Assembly (NCBI GenBank): GCA_048941285.1
Contig: JBHLNS010000003.1
Span: forward strand, 83,736-147,735
Length of the DNA stretch: 64,000 nt
Direction of reading: 5' to 3'
From: Promethearchaeota archaeon
GTDB taxonomy: Archaea > Asgardarchaeota > Lokiarchaeia > Sigyniarchaeales > SOKP01
The translations under genes and the position numbers were made by a program. How positions within the stretch are numbered: position 1 is the first letter of the stretch; every line of letters starts with the position of its first letter. Shown in pieces: positions 21,008 to 30,670 of the stretch. A model generated the notes under the pieces. The model saw only the letters and a list, made by a program, of their open reading frames with translations, had not been told where the DNA came from and did not search any database.

Positions 21008-21922
21008 ATGTCGTACGAATATGAAAGAAATGATAATGATAAAGAAAAGAAAAAAAAACAAGCCTCTTTTCCATCAATGCCCCCACCTTCGGTAACTCCA
21101 TTAACACCACCTCCTTCTATGGGTCCGCCTTCAAGAACGCCTCCAATGATGCCTCCCTCTACTTTACAACCTCCTACTCCTTCAGCATATGAACCAACTC
21201 CTCCCCCTACTATGGAATATATAGCTGAACCAATTAGTCAAACTATTCCTTCTATTTCCACAGGACCTTCACAAGATGAATATAATTCAATATATTCCCA
21301 ACTACAAGAAAAAGATTCAAGTTTAAATCAATTGCAGTCCCAAATTAGTGATTTAAGCAGTCAAACTTCCCTATTAAATGCTCAACTTAAAGAAAAAGAT
21401 AACCAAGTAAATAGATTAACAAGTCAATTACAATCTCTGCAATCTTCAAATGAATCCTTCCAGCAACAGGTTCAACAATTAACCAATCAAAATGCCCAGT
21501 TGCAAGCCCATATCCCGGGATTGGAACAACAGGTTCAAGAGTTGCAGCAACATAATTCAATTTTACAGCAACAAATTGGTCCTTTACAAGCACAGATAGC
21601 CAAATTACAAGAAGAAATATTATATAAAGAAAAGCGAATACAAGAATTAAAAGAACCGAAAGCAGTTATGCCTTCTAGTTTAGCACAAGGGATCACAAAT
21701 CAATCAACAACTTATAGTACTACTCCAAGTATGTCCGCCACCCCGACATCAACTCCAACACCATCCACTTCGATGGGATCAGGAAGAAGACTATGTCCTA
21801 ATTGCGGAGCGAGTGGATTTGCAGTGAAAGAAGTAGAAGATAGAACAAGAATCATTAGCTATATCCCCAAACCTATCTACGCAAAAAAGCTAGTATGTAC
21901 TAAATGCGGATTTGAATTCTAA
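21008..21922 (+). CDS. Low-complexity protein with a Pro-rich N-terminus, a Gln/Leu-rich coiled coil and a C-terminal zinc ribbon.
   Basis: The N-terminus reads PPPSVTPLTPPPSMGPPSRTPPMMPPS. About 120 aa of heptad-like Q/L repeats follow (QLQSLQ..QQQVQQL..). The C-terminus has CPNCG..CTKCG. Confidence 0.5.
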   Translation: MSYEYERNDNDKEKKKKQASFPSMPPPSVTPLTPPPSMGPPSRTPPMMPPSTLQPPTPSAYEPTPPPTMEYIAEPISQTIPSISTGPSQDEYNSIYSQLQEKDSSLNQLQSQISDLSSQTSLLNAQLKEKDNQVNRLTSQLQSLQSSNESFQQQVQQLTNQNAQLQAHIPGLEQQVQELQQHNSILQQQIGPLQAQIAKLQEEILYKEKRIQELKEPKAVMPSSLAQGITNQSTTYSTTPSMSATPTSTPTPSTSMGSGRRLCPNCGASGFAVKEVEDRTRIISYIPKPIYAKKLVCTKCGFEF

Positions 21923-22172
21923 GATTATCAACTGTTCTTTTAATACTTGAATATTTATCGCACTTCTTTATAAAGAGCATCATTAATCTTAACTTTATTG
22001 AAGATTTCTTCAAACTGATTTTTTCTTTTCAAATACATTTAATTACTTCAAAAAAAAATATATTTAAAGATCCAAACAGTTTAAAAAAACAATTGGAAAA
22101 TTATATATAAAAAAATTATTATTAATATTCTAAACTTTTTTTGGAAAAATTAAAGCTTCAATTTAGAATGAT

Positions 22173-25100
22173 ATGTCAGATTTAAGAGATGAATTATTAA
22201 AAGGCGGTATCAATAAAAAAAGGGTTATAGGAGTAGCATTAGTCGCAATCCTTTTGATTGGTATGTTTGCGTTCTCTACAGTTCTACTTAGTTTTCTTTT
22301 TGGAACTCAAAGACCAAACCCTAATAAGGAAAAAGCTGATACTCCATGGGAAGATGCCGATTTAATTGATAATTATCCCTTTGATGAGGATTTTTGGCAA
22401 GATTTGTTAGATCAAGTAGATGATCCCGCTTCTCTTCTTGATATGTTATCAGAAATGTTTGATGGAAATATTGATGATTTAGATTTAGGTAATTTTTCTC
22501 AAGGATTACTTGATCTTCTCTATTCAGGAGCGGGAGAAATTGAAGTTTTTAGAGTGTATAACTATCTCTTATTTGATAATATGGAAGATGTTTTATGGAA
22601 ATATGAAGCCTTTGATGAATACAATGGTGAGGGTTGGACGTCAAATGCAGTTAGTAATCTTTACAATTTCTACACTTACGGTGATTATCTCGCAAATTAT
22701 TTCCCCGATCCTGAAATTTTAAAATTAAAAATGCCTTTATCTCCTAATATTGGGCTTAATTCGATGAATCTACCTACTCTCTTTCCTAGTCCTTTTGTTA
22801 TGGATACAATTTCTGCACCTAATTTAAATCCGACTCCACGTACATTATATAAAGATGAATATAATTGTACCACAATAGATCTTTCATTTTCTTCTGCTGA
22901 TGATGTAAATATGACATTTGAGATATTTGGTTTTTATAATTCCTTACCATCAAATGAAGAATTGAACAATAGTGCAGTTATTGTTACTAATCCTACGCCT
23001 GAGTATTTGAGTTTAAAGAATAAATTTTTACAATTACCTCCTACAATTCCAGTCTATAAGACTAATAATCCCTATTTTACTAATCACTTTAATATCCTTA
23101 ATAATCAAATAAATGTAAATGATCATGCTTTTTGGAAAGCAAATAAAATCAGAAATTATTTGCAAACTCAATTTTCATTTCCAATGAATCCTACCGACTT
23201 TAATCCTGCTCCAGATGGAAGAGACATTGTTGATTGGTTTTGTCAAACTCAACAAGGATTATGGTCTGATTTTGCTTCAGCTTTTTGTGCTTTTGCAAGA
23301 GCTTTTGGAGTTTTGTGTCGATTTGTTGATGGCTTTAATAGTATGATGATTGAAGAAATTTGGGATAATGATGAAGGTCAATGGGGATTCGCGATAAAAT
23401 ATAAAAATCTTTATAATTGGGCAGAGATATATGTCCCAACCGATATTTATGGAAATGGAAAATGGGTACAATTTGATATTTTTGACAGCTTTGGAGGTGG
23501 AGGAAGCCCAATAATTGGAGGGAATTATAACATTACAGTTTCAACCGATCAAGCTGCCTATAACCGACCAGATACAGCTAGTATAACGGCTAGTGTTAAT
23601 TCAAACACAAACCCAATAAATAATTTAACTATAACTTTCAGAGATTATACTACTGGGAGAATACTAGGACAAGATGATACAGATTTGAGTGGAATTGCTA
23701 CAATCCAGACTAATTTTAATGCTACTGACATCGTTGGTCCTCATTTAATTGAGGCAAGATATGATTTTTTTAATGCAGGTTATAATCTTACGACTATATT
23801 GGGAGATATTTCAATTGCTTTAACTAATGTTAACCCTGGACAAATAAATGTCTCTGATTATCTACCAGATGTTACTAATGTTGCAGGGTTTGTATATGAT
23901 CCATTAAATGGAAATGGAGTAAAGGGTCCTGAATTAAATATCCGCTTGTTAAGAAAGGGAACCAATAGTGAAATAATTAATCCATTTTCGCCTTCAGCAA
24001 TAAATACTACATATGATGGTGATTTCAGTGATTTCTTGAATCTTAATCACAATACTGCTGGAAATTATGAAATCCGAGCTGATCTTAACGGAACTTGGTG
24101 GGTTGACACTCCTTTTGGGCCCTATTCATACGCTCTCTTATCTTTCATATTTCAAGTTCCTTATTTCTATATATCAAATTCAAGCAATAGACTTGATTTT
24201 AATATCACAAAATCTTTAGATGTGTGGTTTTATATCGATGGTTCACCATCGAATTATCCGAATATACCTAGAGTTTCTAGATACCATAATTTAAATCTAA
24301 CTGCGGAGGTATTTTCGGTTACTTCGGGACCAATATCAAACAAACGTGTATTTTTTTATGATCATTCAAGAGGAGATATTCTGATTGGCTCTGACATTTC
24401 AGATCTAAATGGGATTGCCTCAATTATTTATTCTGTTGGAGATAATTGTGCTGCTGGACCTAATTTATTATATGCAAACATTGGTTTACAAAGTAATTAT
24501 TCTTATTATATCTTAGATGAACAGCCTACAATAAATATACTTTCTGGCCCAACACCTCGTATTATAAACCGTACGGGTGGTGGTGCGACGGAATTTAATA
24601 TTATTGGAGAAATTGTTGATAGCACAAATAACTCTTTACCTATAAAATATTCTGAAATTAGCTTAATTTTATTGAAGAGTGGATTGGATTATTCATCATA
24701 TTTAAACCCAAGTGATAGTTATCCTTATCAAACTGATGAAACAGGTACTTTTGATTTGACATTCGGAGTAGCTGCCAATATACCCCCTGGTAATTATACA
24801 CTAAGATTAGATTTTAATGGTACTATTAATCTTTCATCCTATCCTTATTCGTATCTTTTCAATATACCTTACTTAAATACTTCTACTTACTTTGTTAATG
24901 AATTACAAATCGATTCACCAACCAGTTTACAATTTGATTTTTGGATAAATGGAATTGCATCTGATGATGCGATCAATCCAGTTATTAATCGTAATGATGA
25001 TCTTAATCTCACAGTATTGATTCAATATAGTGGTATGCCAATAGACGATGGAGAATGGGTTTACTTCTATGATTTCACTCAAGATAATCTGTTTATTGGT

Positions 25101-26651
25101 TCAGATCAAACAAGTTCAGGGAATGCTGAAATTATTTATTCTACAGGATTGAATACTACAGCAGGCCCACATCTGATTTATGCCACATGGAATAATAAAT
25201 ATAATTATTCTTATTTTATTTTGGATGCCCCTATAAATGTGAATCTTGATATCTGTCCACAACCTAGGGAAGTCAATCGCAGTGGAGCAGATGGGAGAAA
25301 TTTCTTAATTCATGGATATCTAAATGATGCTTTTAATGGAAATCCAATAAAAAATGGAGAAATAAATGTCTTTATGTATGATGGACCTACTGACGTATCA
25401 TTTTATTTAAATCTAGTTTCAGGCTCTTTACAATTAGGGTCATCAGGAGAAATAGATTTAACTTTTTCCGTTTCAAGCTCAACTCCCGCTAAAAATTATA
25501 CTTTACGAGTTAATTTTTATGGTATTTTTATATATACAAATCCTTATTATCCTCAATTTTTCAATTTATGGTATATAAATAATTTTACAGATACAGCTCC
25601 TGGTTTAAATGATCTCAGAGTTATCGATCCAAATGATGTAGATATTTACTTCTTTATAGATGGAAATCCAACACAAACGTTTTATTGGGATGGGAATCCT
25701 CCTGAGATATATAATCGAGGAGATCTAATCAATTTCAGTGTATTTATTCTTCAAAGTGGACTTCCAGTTAGTTCTGGTACTGTTTCATTTACAGATATTT
25801 ATACGGGTACCCCATTGGGAACTCAATCTGTAATTAATGGAAATGCTTCTATTATAGTTGATACTTCTAGTTGGCATGCGGGACTTCATCAAATAAGAGC
25901 TCAATGGTCTGGATCTGATACAACAAATATGACATATGTGGTGATAAATGAACATATTAACATTTTTAGCAATACAGATCAAAGTTCAATTTTAAGAGAT
26001 ATTGATAATTTTATTGTTTCAGGTACAGTCAGGGAACATGGAGAATTTTTAAGAGGCCTAAATCTAAATATTGTTTTATTAGATAACTCTTATTCTGACG
26101 TTTCAGGTCTATATTTAATTGGTGCTCAGACATTAACTATTAATAATGATGGAACTTATCAATTTTTTAACTCAATCGCCTTATCTTGCCCACAAGGAGA
26201 TTATTTTATTAACATTAGTTTTACAGGTGGTTTAAACGCTCCAGGAATATCTATGAGTGATTATATGGTTCATAATAGTAGCTTACTAATCTCAATTGAT
26301 ATTACCGCAAGTACTTATATTCTTGGAAATTATGAGACTAACGTCGTTAAAGATGATTGGTATTACGGTGACGATTGTTATGTGTATGGAAATCTATATT
26401 GGGATAATGGAACTGCAATACCGTTTATGGAAATTAATGTGACTATTAGAGATGGAACGGGATCAATCTTAGCTACTCAAGTAGGATTTACTGATATCAA
26501 TGGATTTTTTAATCTAACTTTTATTGTCGGAGATTGGTTAGATAACACCGAAGTTTGGGTCAACTTTTATCCCGATGATCCAGACAATTTTGGTGTTCCT
26601 GAGGGATTATTTATTATTTTAACAGAGCAAGAAGTGTTTAGGCAAGTTTAA
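22173..26651 (+). CDS. Giant N-terminally anchored surface protein with a transglutaminase-core-like domain (catalytic residues substituted) and four tandem Ig-like repeat units.
   Basis: One N-terminal TM span is present. QQGLWSDFASAFCAFARAFGVLCRFVDGF..YNWAEIYVP..KWVQFD aligns to the G-x-C-x-x-FA..R..G-x-P-x-R / H-A-W / D pattern. Repeated ~230-aa units follow, with many N-x-S/T sequons. Confidence 0.7.
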   Translation: MSDLRDELLKGGINKKRVIGVALVAILLIGMFAFSTVLLSFLFGTQRPNPNKEKADTPWEDADLIDNYPFDEDFWQDLLDQVDDPASLLDMLSEMFDGNIDDLDLGNFSQGLLDLLYSGAGEIEVFRVYNYLLFDNMEDVLWKYEAFDEYNGEGWTSNAVSNLYNFYTYGDYLANYFPDPEILKLKMPLSPNIGLNSMNLPTLFPSPFVMDTISAPNLNPTPRTLYKDEYNCTTIDLSFSSADDVNMTFEIFGFYNSLPSNEELNNSAVIVTNPTPEYLSLKNKFLQLPPTIPVYKTNNPYFTNHFNILNNQINVNDHAFWKANKIRNYLQTQFSFPMNPTDFNPAPDGRDIVDWFCQTQQGLWSDFASAFCAFARAFGVLCRFVDGFNSMMIEEIWDNDEGQWGFAIKYKNLYNWAEIYVPTDIYGNGKWVQFDIFDSFGGGGSPIIGGNYNITVSTDQAAYNRPDTASITASVNSNTNPINNLTITFRDYTTGRILGQDDTDLSGIATIQTNFNATDIVGPHLIEARYDFFNAGYNLTTILGDISIALTNVNPGQINVSDYLPDVTNVAGFVYDPLNGNGVKGPELNIRLLRKGTNSEIINPFSPSAINTTYDGDFSDFLNLNHNTAGNYEIRADLNGTWWVDTPFGPYSYALLSFIFQVPYFYISNSSNRLDFNITKSLDVWFYIDGSPSNYPNIPRVSRYHNLNLTAEVFSVTSGPISNKRVFFYDHSRGDILIGSDISDLNGIASIIYSVGDNCAAGPNLLYANIGLQSNYSYYILDEQPTINILSGPTPRIINRTGGGATEFNIIGEIVDSTNNSLPIKYSEISLILLKSGLDYSSYLNPSDSYPYQTDETGTFDLTFGVAANIPPGNYTLRLDFNGTINLSSYPYSYLFNIPYLNTSTYFVNELQIDSPTSLQFDFWINGIASDDAINPVINRNDDLNLTVLIQYSGMPIDDGEWVYFYDFTQDNLFIGSDQTSSGNAEIIYSTGLNTTAGPHLIYATWNNKYNYSYFILDAPINVNLDICPQPREVNRSGADGRNFLIHGYLNDAFNGNPIKNGEINVFMYDGPTDVSFYLNLVSGSLQLGSSGEIDLTFSVSSSTPAKNYTLRVNFYGIFIYTNPYYPQFFNLWYINNFTDTAPGLNDLRVIDPNDVDIYFFIDGNPTQTFYWDGNPPEIYNRGDLINFSVFILQSGLPVSSGTVSFTDIYTGTPLGTQSVINGNASIIVDTSSWHAGLHQIRAQWSGSDTTNMTYVVINEHINIFSNTDQSSILRDIDNFIVSGTVREHGEFLRGLNLNIVLLDNSYSDVSGLYLIGAQTLTINNDGTYQFFNSIALSCPQGDYFINISFTGGLNAPGISMSDYMVHNSSLLISIDITASTYILGNYETNVVKDDWYYGDDCYVYGNLYWDNGTAIPFMEINVTIRDGTGSILATQVGFTDINGFFNLTFIVGDWLDNTEVWVNFYPDDPDNFGVPEGLFIILTEQEVFRQV

Positions 26652-26661
26652 TAGTTTAAAG

Positions 26662-28272
26662 ATGGTGAAATTAAAGATAATGATAAATTTCAGAATTCCA
26701 AAATATATAAAAAAAAAATCTAAAATATTATGGATTTCTGTTATGTTATTAATTATTTTTTTTAATATAACACTATATACTAATCTTTTTTCGAATAGTT
26801 CTTACCTTAAACCTAAAAATAACCCAAAAATGTCTTGGTTTTGGGCAACATTAGATCTTACAAATCCAAGTGAAGTTAATAATTCAAGGTTTACTCACTC
26901 TGAGTTTATTTCTGTTAAAGGACATGTCTATAACAAAATTGATAAAACTAATAAATCAGGAATTAACGTTGCTATTGAAATAGATGATAGTGTTGATCTG
27001 AGTTATACAGATATAACCGATGGGTGGGGTAGATTTAATATTAATTATATGATTGATCCCTTACTTGATATTTATTCAAGTCATAAAATAGAAGTGATAG
27101 TAACAGATACAGAACCAGGAGGGCCTGGAAGTGAAATCGAATATCACCATTTCTATATCATAAATGTAAATGCTACATCATATTTTGATATTATTTCGTA
27201 TGATGATTTATCAAACCCTAAATTAACTGAAGAAGATTTTAATTTAAATGGATTTATATATTATGACAATGGAAATGGAATCCCTTTTGTAAGTGTTAGC
27301 TATTATTGGCTAGATGGACCTTCAATTATCTCTCAAAGTTCTTTTTTTACTGATGCTACAGGTTCACTAGAAAGCGTACAAGTTCCGATCACAGCTTCAA
27401 GTCAATTGTCTCTGAAATTTAATTACTCAGATACGCCATTTGTTGAATACTCAGAAATCTCAATTTCAAATATTAAAGTATTTTCTGATGTAGCATGGAA
27501 TTTAGACATTGAATATACAACGAGAGAAGGAGCCGCATATGATTTAAGTGGGACTCTAACATCTCTAACAGATCCTACACTAAGAATTAGTAATAGAGAT
27601 GTTGAGGTTTATTTTAATGGTAGCTATGTTGATACAGCAACAACGGGGTCTAATGGTAGATTTACCTCTAGCTTTCAAGTTCCACAAGGTAATGGTACAG
27701 CATCTATTCAAGTTCAATTAGTTAATTCAGCAGGAAAAGACATTAGATCACCTGTCCAATATATATTAGTGGAACCAGCGCTTCCATCAAATCCAGGAGG
27801 AGGTGATTTGCCCCCATTCTTGATTTTTTCTTTAATATTTTTTCCAATTTTGGCGGGTATTGTTGCAGGCTTAGTAGTATATGGTTTAAAATATTATAAA
27901 AAACAAGAAAAAGAATCCCGGGTGGTAAATCTACCACTCGAATCAAGAATTAAAAATCTTAAAATTTTAAAAGATTCAGGAAGATTAGAAGAATCGATAT
28001 CGTATTTATTTAATGCTATTTATATGGATTTAATTAATGCTAAATATAATAGAATAAGAAAAGAAAACGAGACAATTAGAGACTTTGCAATTGTTTCAGT
28101 AAAAGAATTAAAATTAACACCATCCTCAATTTACCCTTTTATTCAAAAAGTTGAGGAAATAATATACGCAAAACCTTTTAAAATAACAGAAAAAGATTTC
28201 TATAATACTTGTGAATTATTTTCACCAATATACTTCCAATTAACTGGATTTAATTTTACTTTAAATTTTTAA
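26662..28272 (+). CDS. Bitopic membrane protein with an Ig/CarboxypepD_reg-like ectodomain and a cytoplasmic DUF4129-like tail.
   Basis: There is an N-terminal TM span and a second TM span (FLIFSLIFFPILAGIVAGLVVYGL). The C-terminal ~100 aa are clearly paralogous to the next ORF. Confidence 0.55.
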   Translation: MVKLKIMINFRIPKYIKKKSKILWISVMLLIIFFNITLYTNLFSNSSYLKPKNNPKMSWFWATLDLTNPSEVNNSRFTHSEFISVKGHVYNKIDKTNKSGINVAIEIDDSVDLSYTDITDGWGRFNINYMIDPLLDIYSSHKIEVIVTDTEPGGPGSEIEYHHFYIINVNATSYFDIISYDDLSNPKLTEEDFNLNGFIYYDNGNGIPFVSVSYYWLDGPSIISQSSFFTDATGSLESVQVPITASSQLSLKFNYSDTPFVEYSEISISNIKVFSDVAWNLDIEYTTREGAAYDLSGTLTSLTDPTLRISNRDVEVYFNGSYVDTATTGSNGRFTSSFQVPQGNGTASIQVQLVNSAGKDIRSPVQYILVEPALPSNPGGGDLPPFLIFSLIFFPILAGIVAGLVVYGLKYYKKQEKESRVVNLPLESRIKNLKILKDSGRLEESISYLFNAIYMDLINAKYNRIRKENETIRDFAIVSVKELKLTPSSIYPFIQKVEEIIYAKPFKITEKDFYNTCELFSPIYFQLTGFNFTLNF

Positions 28273-28386
28273 AATCAAATGTAAAAAAACTCAAAATAAA
28301 AATTAAAAATAAGTACAAAGAATTATAAATTCAAAAAAAATTAATAATTAAATTATTCGAAAAAATATGAAAATAGGTAGAAAATA

Positions 28387-28764
28387 ATGGCACAAAAGAA
28401 AAAAAAGCAGGCAGAACCAGAGATTAATATTAAGCAGAAATTTGATAACGTGAAGATTTTAGTTGACACTAACAGACCCAAGGAGGCAATAGCTTATATA
28501 TATCTAGTATATGATGATCTAATTAATATAAAATTTAAAAAACCCAGATTAGCTCATCAAACAATTCGCGAATATGCTATCGCCTGTGTAAACCAATTAG
28601 AAAACAAATTAAAACCAGAATTTGTGTATCCATTTATAAAAAAAATAGAAGATATAATCTATGGTGGGGTTGAACCTACAACTAAAGACTTAAATTTTAC
28701 AATTGATTTGTTTGCTAACTTATATAACGAAATAACGGGGAAATCTTTCACTTTTAGCCTGTAG
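28387..28764 (+). CDS. Small soluble DUF4129-like protein.
   Basis: It aligns by eye to the C-terminus of the upstream gene (EAIAYIY..QTIREYAIACV..VYPFIKKIEDIIYG versus ESISYLF..ETIRDFAIVSV..IYPFIQKVEEIIYA). Confidence 0.5.
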   Translation: MAQKKKKQAEPEINIKQKFDNVKILVDTNRPKEAIAYIYLVYDDLINIKFKKPRLAHQTIREYAIACVNQLENKLKPEFVYPFIKKIEDIIYGGVEPTTKDLNFTIDLFANLYNEITGKSFTFSL

Positions 28765-28819
28765 GTTTAATGTGAATTATTATCTGCTATAGACTCAAAA
28801 TATTAAAAAGTAATCACAT

Positions 28820-30604
28820 ATGGTAAAACAAGCAAAAGCATCTCAAAAGAGTATTAATATTTCAAAAGGTATAGTTTTTTCTTTCCTAACTATATATTTA
28901 GTCGTTTTTGGAGTTATCATTAGTGATTTTGTCATCCACATTCAACAAGAAAATCCAACTGAATTGCCCGTTTGGTGGGGTATTTTATCCTATGTTCCCC
29001 TTTTATGTTATTTTGGCGCAATTTTTAGTGGAGTTTTTCTTATCATATTTTTAAGAAATGCTACAAGTGCAAAAATTCGTCAAACACAATCAAGAAAGAA
29101 GATTAAATCGGGTTCAATATATAAACAAGCGTTATTTGTCATTATTTTTATCTTTGCTTTTGTTCCTTTACTTTCTCCTATAATTGATCAAGGAGTTAAT
29201 AATCAGAATTTTTCAGTTTATAATTCCGCTTGGAATGGGGCTTCAGACTTTAAAAAAGCTATTGAAGATGATGGGTATGATGTTATGACGGTACAATCAA
29301 GTCTGAGTGCTACTGATCGTTTAATAAATACAACCATTAATAATAATAGAAAGGAATCTATATTGTTGATTTTACTAGGTCCAAATCAATTTTATGATCC
29401 TATTTTTGAGATACCTTATTTTATTGAATTTTTTAAAGGAGATAATTCACTTCTAATATGTCATGATCATGGATCCACAAGTACGTTATTATGGGAAATT
29501 CTAGTCGCAAGTTTATTTGATCCCACTATTAATATTCCATTAACAATATTTCCTAATGGGATTTTACGAGATAATGAATCTTATAACCCTACCCCTGAAT
29601 TTCCCGTGATTAAGAATTTTGCTTCTCATCCAACAAGAGATACTCCATACTTTATTAATGAAGTTATACTTTCAGTTGCTTCTTGTGCTGTAGGAGGACC
29701 TTTTCTTAGTGGATTCGGTTGGACTTCTGTAGGTACTTCCCAACCTCATTCATTTGTAGATAAAAATAATGATGGGAGATATTCCGAACCTGAAGATGCC
29801 CTTAATTTGGGTTTTATGAGTCTTATAGACTTAGGTTTCCCACTTCCTACCACATTTCCGCTTGGAGTATATGAACAGCATGTATTTCTAGCCAACGATA
29901 TGGGAAGACAACGATTATTTGTATCTGCTGATGCTAGCTTGTTTAATAATGAATTAATTAATGAACCTGGTTATGATAATATGCTATTTGGATTAAATAT
30001 TATCCAATGGCTAACTCAAGTAAATGAAGGAAAGACTAGAGAAGAATGGATTGTTGTTTTTGATGAAGCCCATATTAGACCAGAATATTCGCGAGACCTT
30101 TCATCAGCAGGAATTTTTGGATATGTTATGCAATACATTGTACATTTATCAACAAATCCTATCACAGCATGGATTTATCCTCTACTTGCTTTTTATACAT
30201 TAAGAAAATACCTTCCAAAAAAAGATAAAAAGAAGGAAGAACAAAAAATAGCAGAACAAGAAGAAAAAAAAGAAGAAATAGCTAGATTTAGAACCTCTTC
30301 CTTTTTTGCACAGAAAATTGAGGAATATAAAGATAAAATGAAATACGGAGATGCATTGAAACTGCTTTATAGAAGATTAGAAAGAAAATTAAATAGTCAA
30401 TTAGGAGGAGCAAAAATTACAACACAAAATGTGGTAGATTTAGTTATTGCTAAAGACCCCTCAACCACCAAATTAAAAACTAGGAGATTGAGTAAGTTTA
30501 TAGATAAGATTTTAGCAATTAAAGAAGGAAAAGATAAAGTTAAAACTGAACAAGATTTCGAAGAATTGTTTTTCGAAATGGACTGGGCAGTTAATAATAT
30601 TTAA
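28820..30604 (+). CDS. DUF4350-like membrane protein with an extracytoplasmic domain and a charged cytoplasmic tail.
   Basis: Three N-terminal TM spans are followed by a ~300-aa exported domain (LLILLGPNQFYDP..LLICHDHGS), a fourth TM span and a K/E-rich tail ending in a DUF4129-like helical segment. The position next to MoxR/DUF58 fits the known neighbourhood. Confidence 0.45.
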   Translation: MVKQAKASQKSINISKGIVFSFLTIYLVVFGVIISDFVIHIQQENPTELPVWWGILSYVPLLCYFGAIFSGVFLIIFLRNATSAKIRQTQSRKKIKSGSIYKQALFVIIFIFAFVPLLSPIIDQGVNNQNFSVYNSAWNGASDFKKAIEDDGYDVMTVQSSLSATDRLINTTINNNRKESILLILLGPNQFYDPIFEIPYFIEFFKGDNSLLICHDHGSTSTLLWEILVASLFDPTINIPLTIFPNGILRDNESYNPTPEFPVIKNFASHPTRDTPYFINEVILSVASCAVGGPFLSGFGWTSVGTSQPHSFVDKNNDGRYSEPEDALNLGFMSLIDLGFPLPTTFPLGVYEQHVFLANDMGRQRLFVSADASLFNNELINEPGYDNMLFGLNIIQWLTQVNEGKTREEWIVVFDEAHIRPEYSRDLSSAGIFGYVMQYIVHLSTNPITAWIYPLLAFYTLRKYLPKKDKKKEEQKIAEQEEKKEEIARFRTSSFFAQKIEEYKDKMKYGDALKLLYRRLERKLNSQLGGAKITTQNVVDLVIAKDPSTTKLKTRRLSKFIDKILAIKEGKDKVKTEQDFEELFFEMDWAVNNI

Positions 30605-30670
30605 TCAATTTTGAAATAAAAAATAAAAAAAAAAAAAAAATTAATTAAAAAATTTAGAGGTTATAAATAT

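Noticed and set aside
21990-22010. Short palindrome TTGAAGA-TT-TCTTCAA downstream of the coiled-coil protein gene.
   Set aside because: A 7-bp stem with a 2-nt loop is sterically poor as an RNA hairpin. It is within chance expectation for AT-rich sequence, and no oligo-T tract directly follows it.
30605-30670. Long A tract (15 consecutive A within an A-rich 40 nt) before moxR.
   Set aside because: This is a simple homopolymer spacer in an AT-rich genome. A GAGGT Shine-Dalgarno-like element follows it. Nothing suggests a specific element, although it is a likely site for sequencing-length errors.
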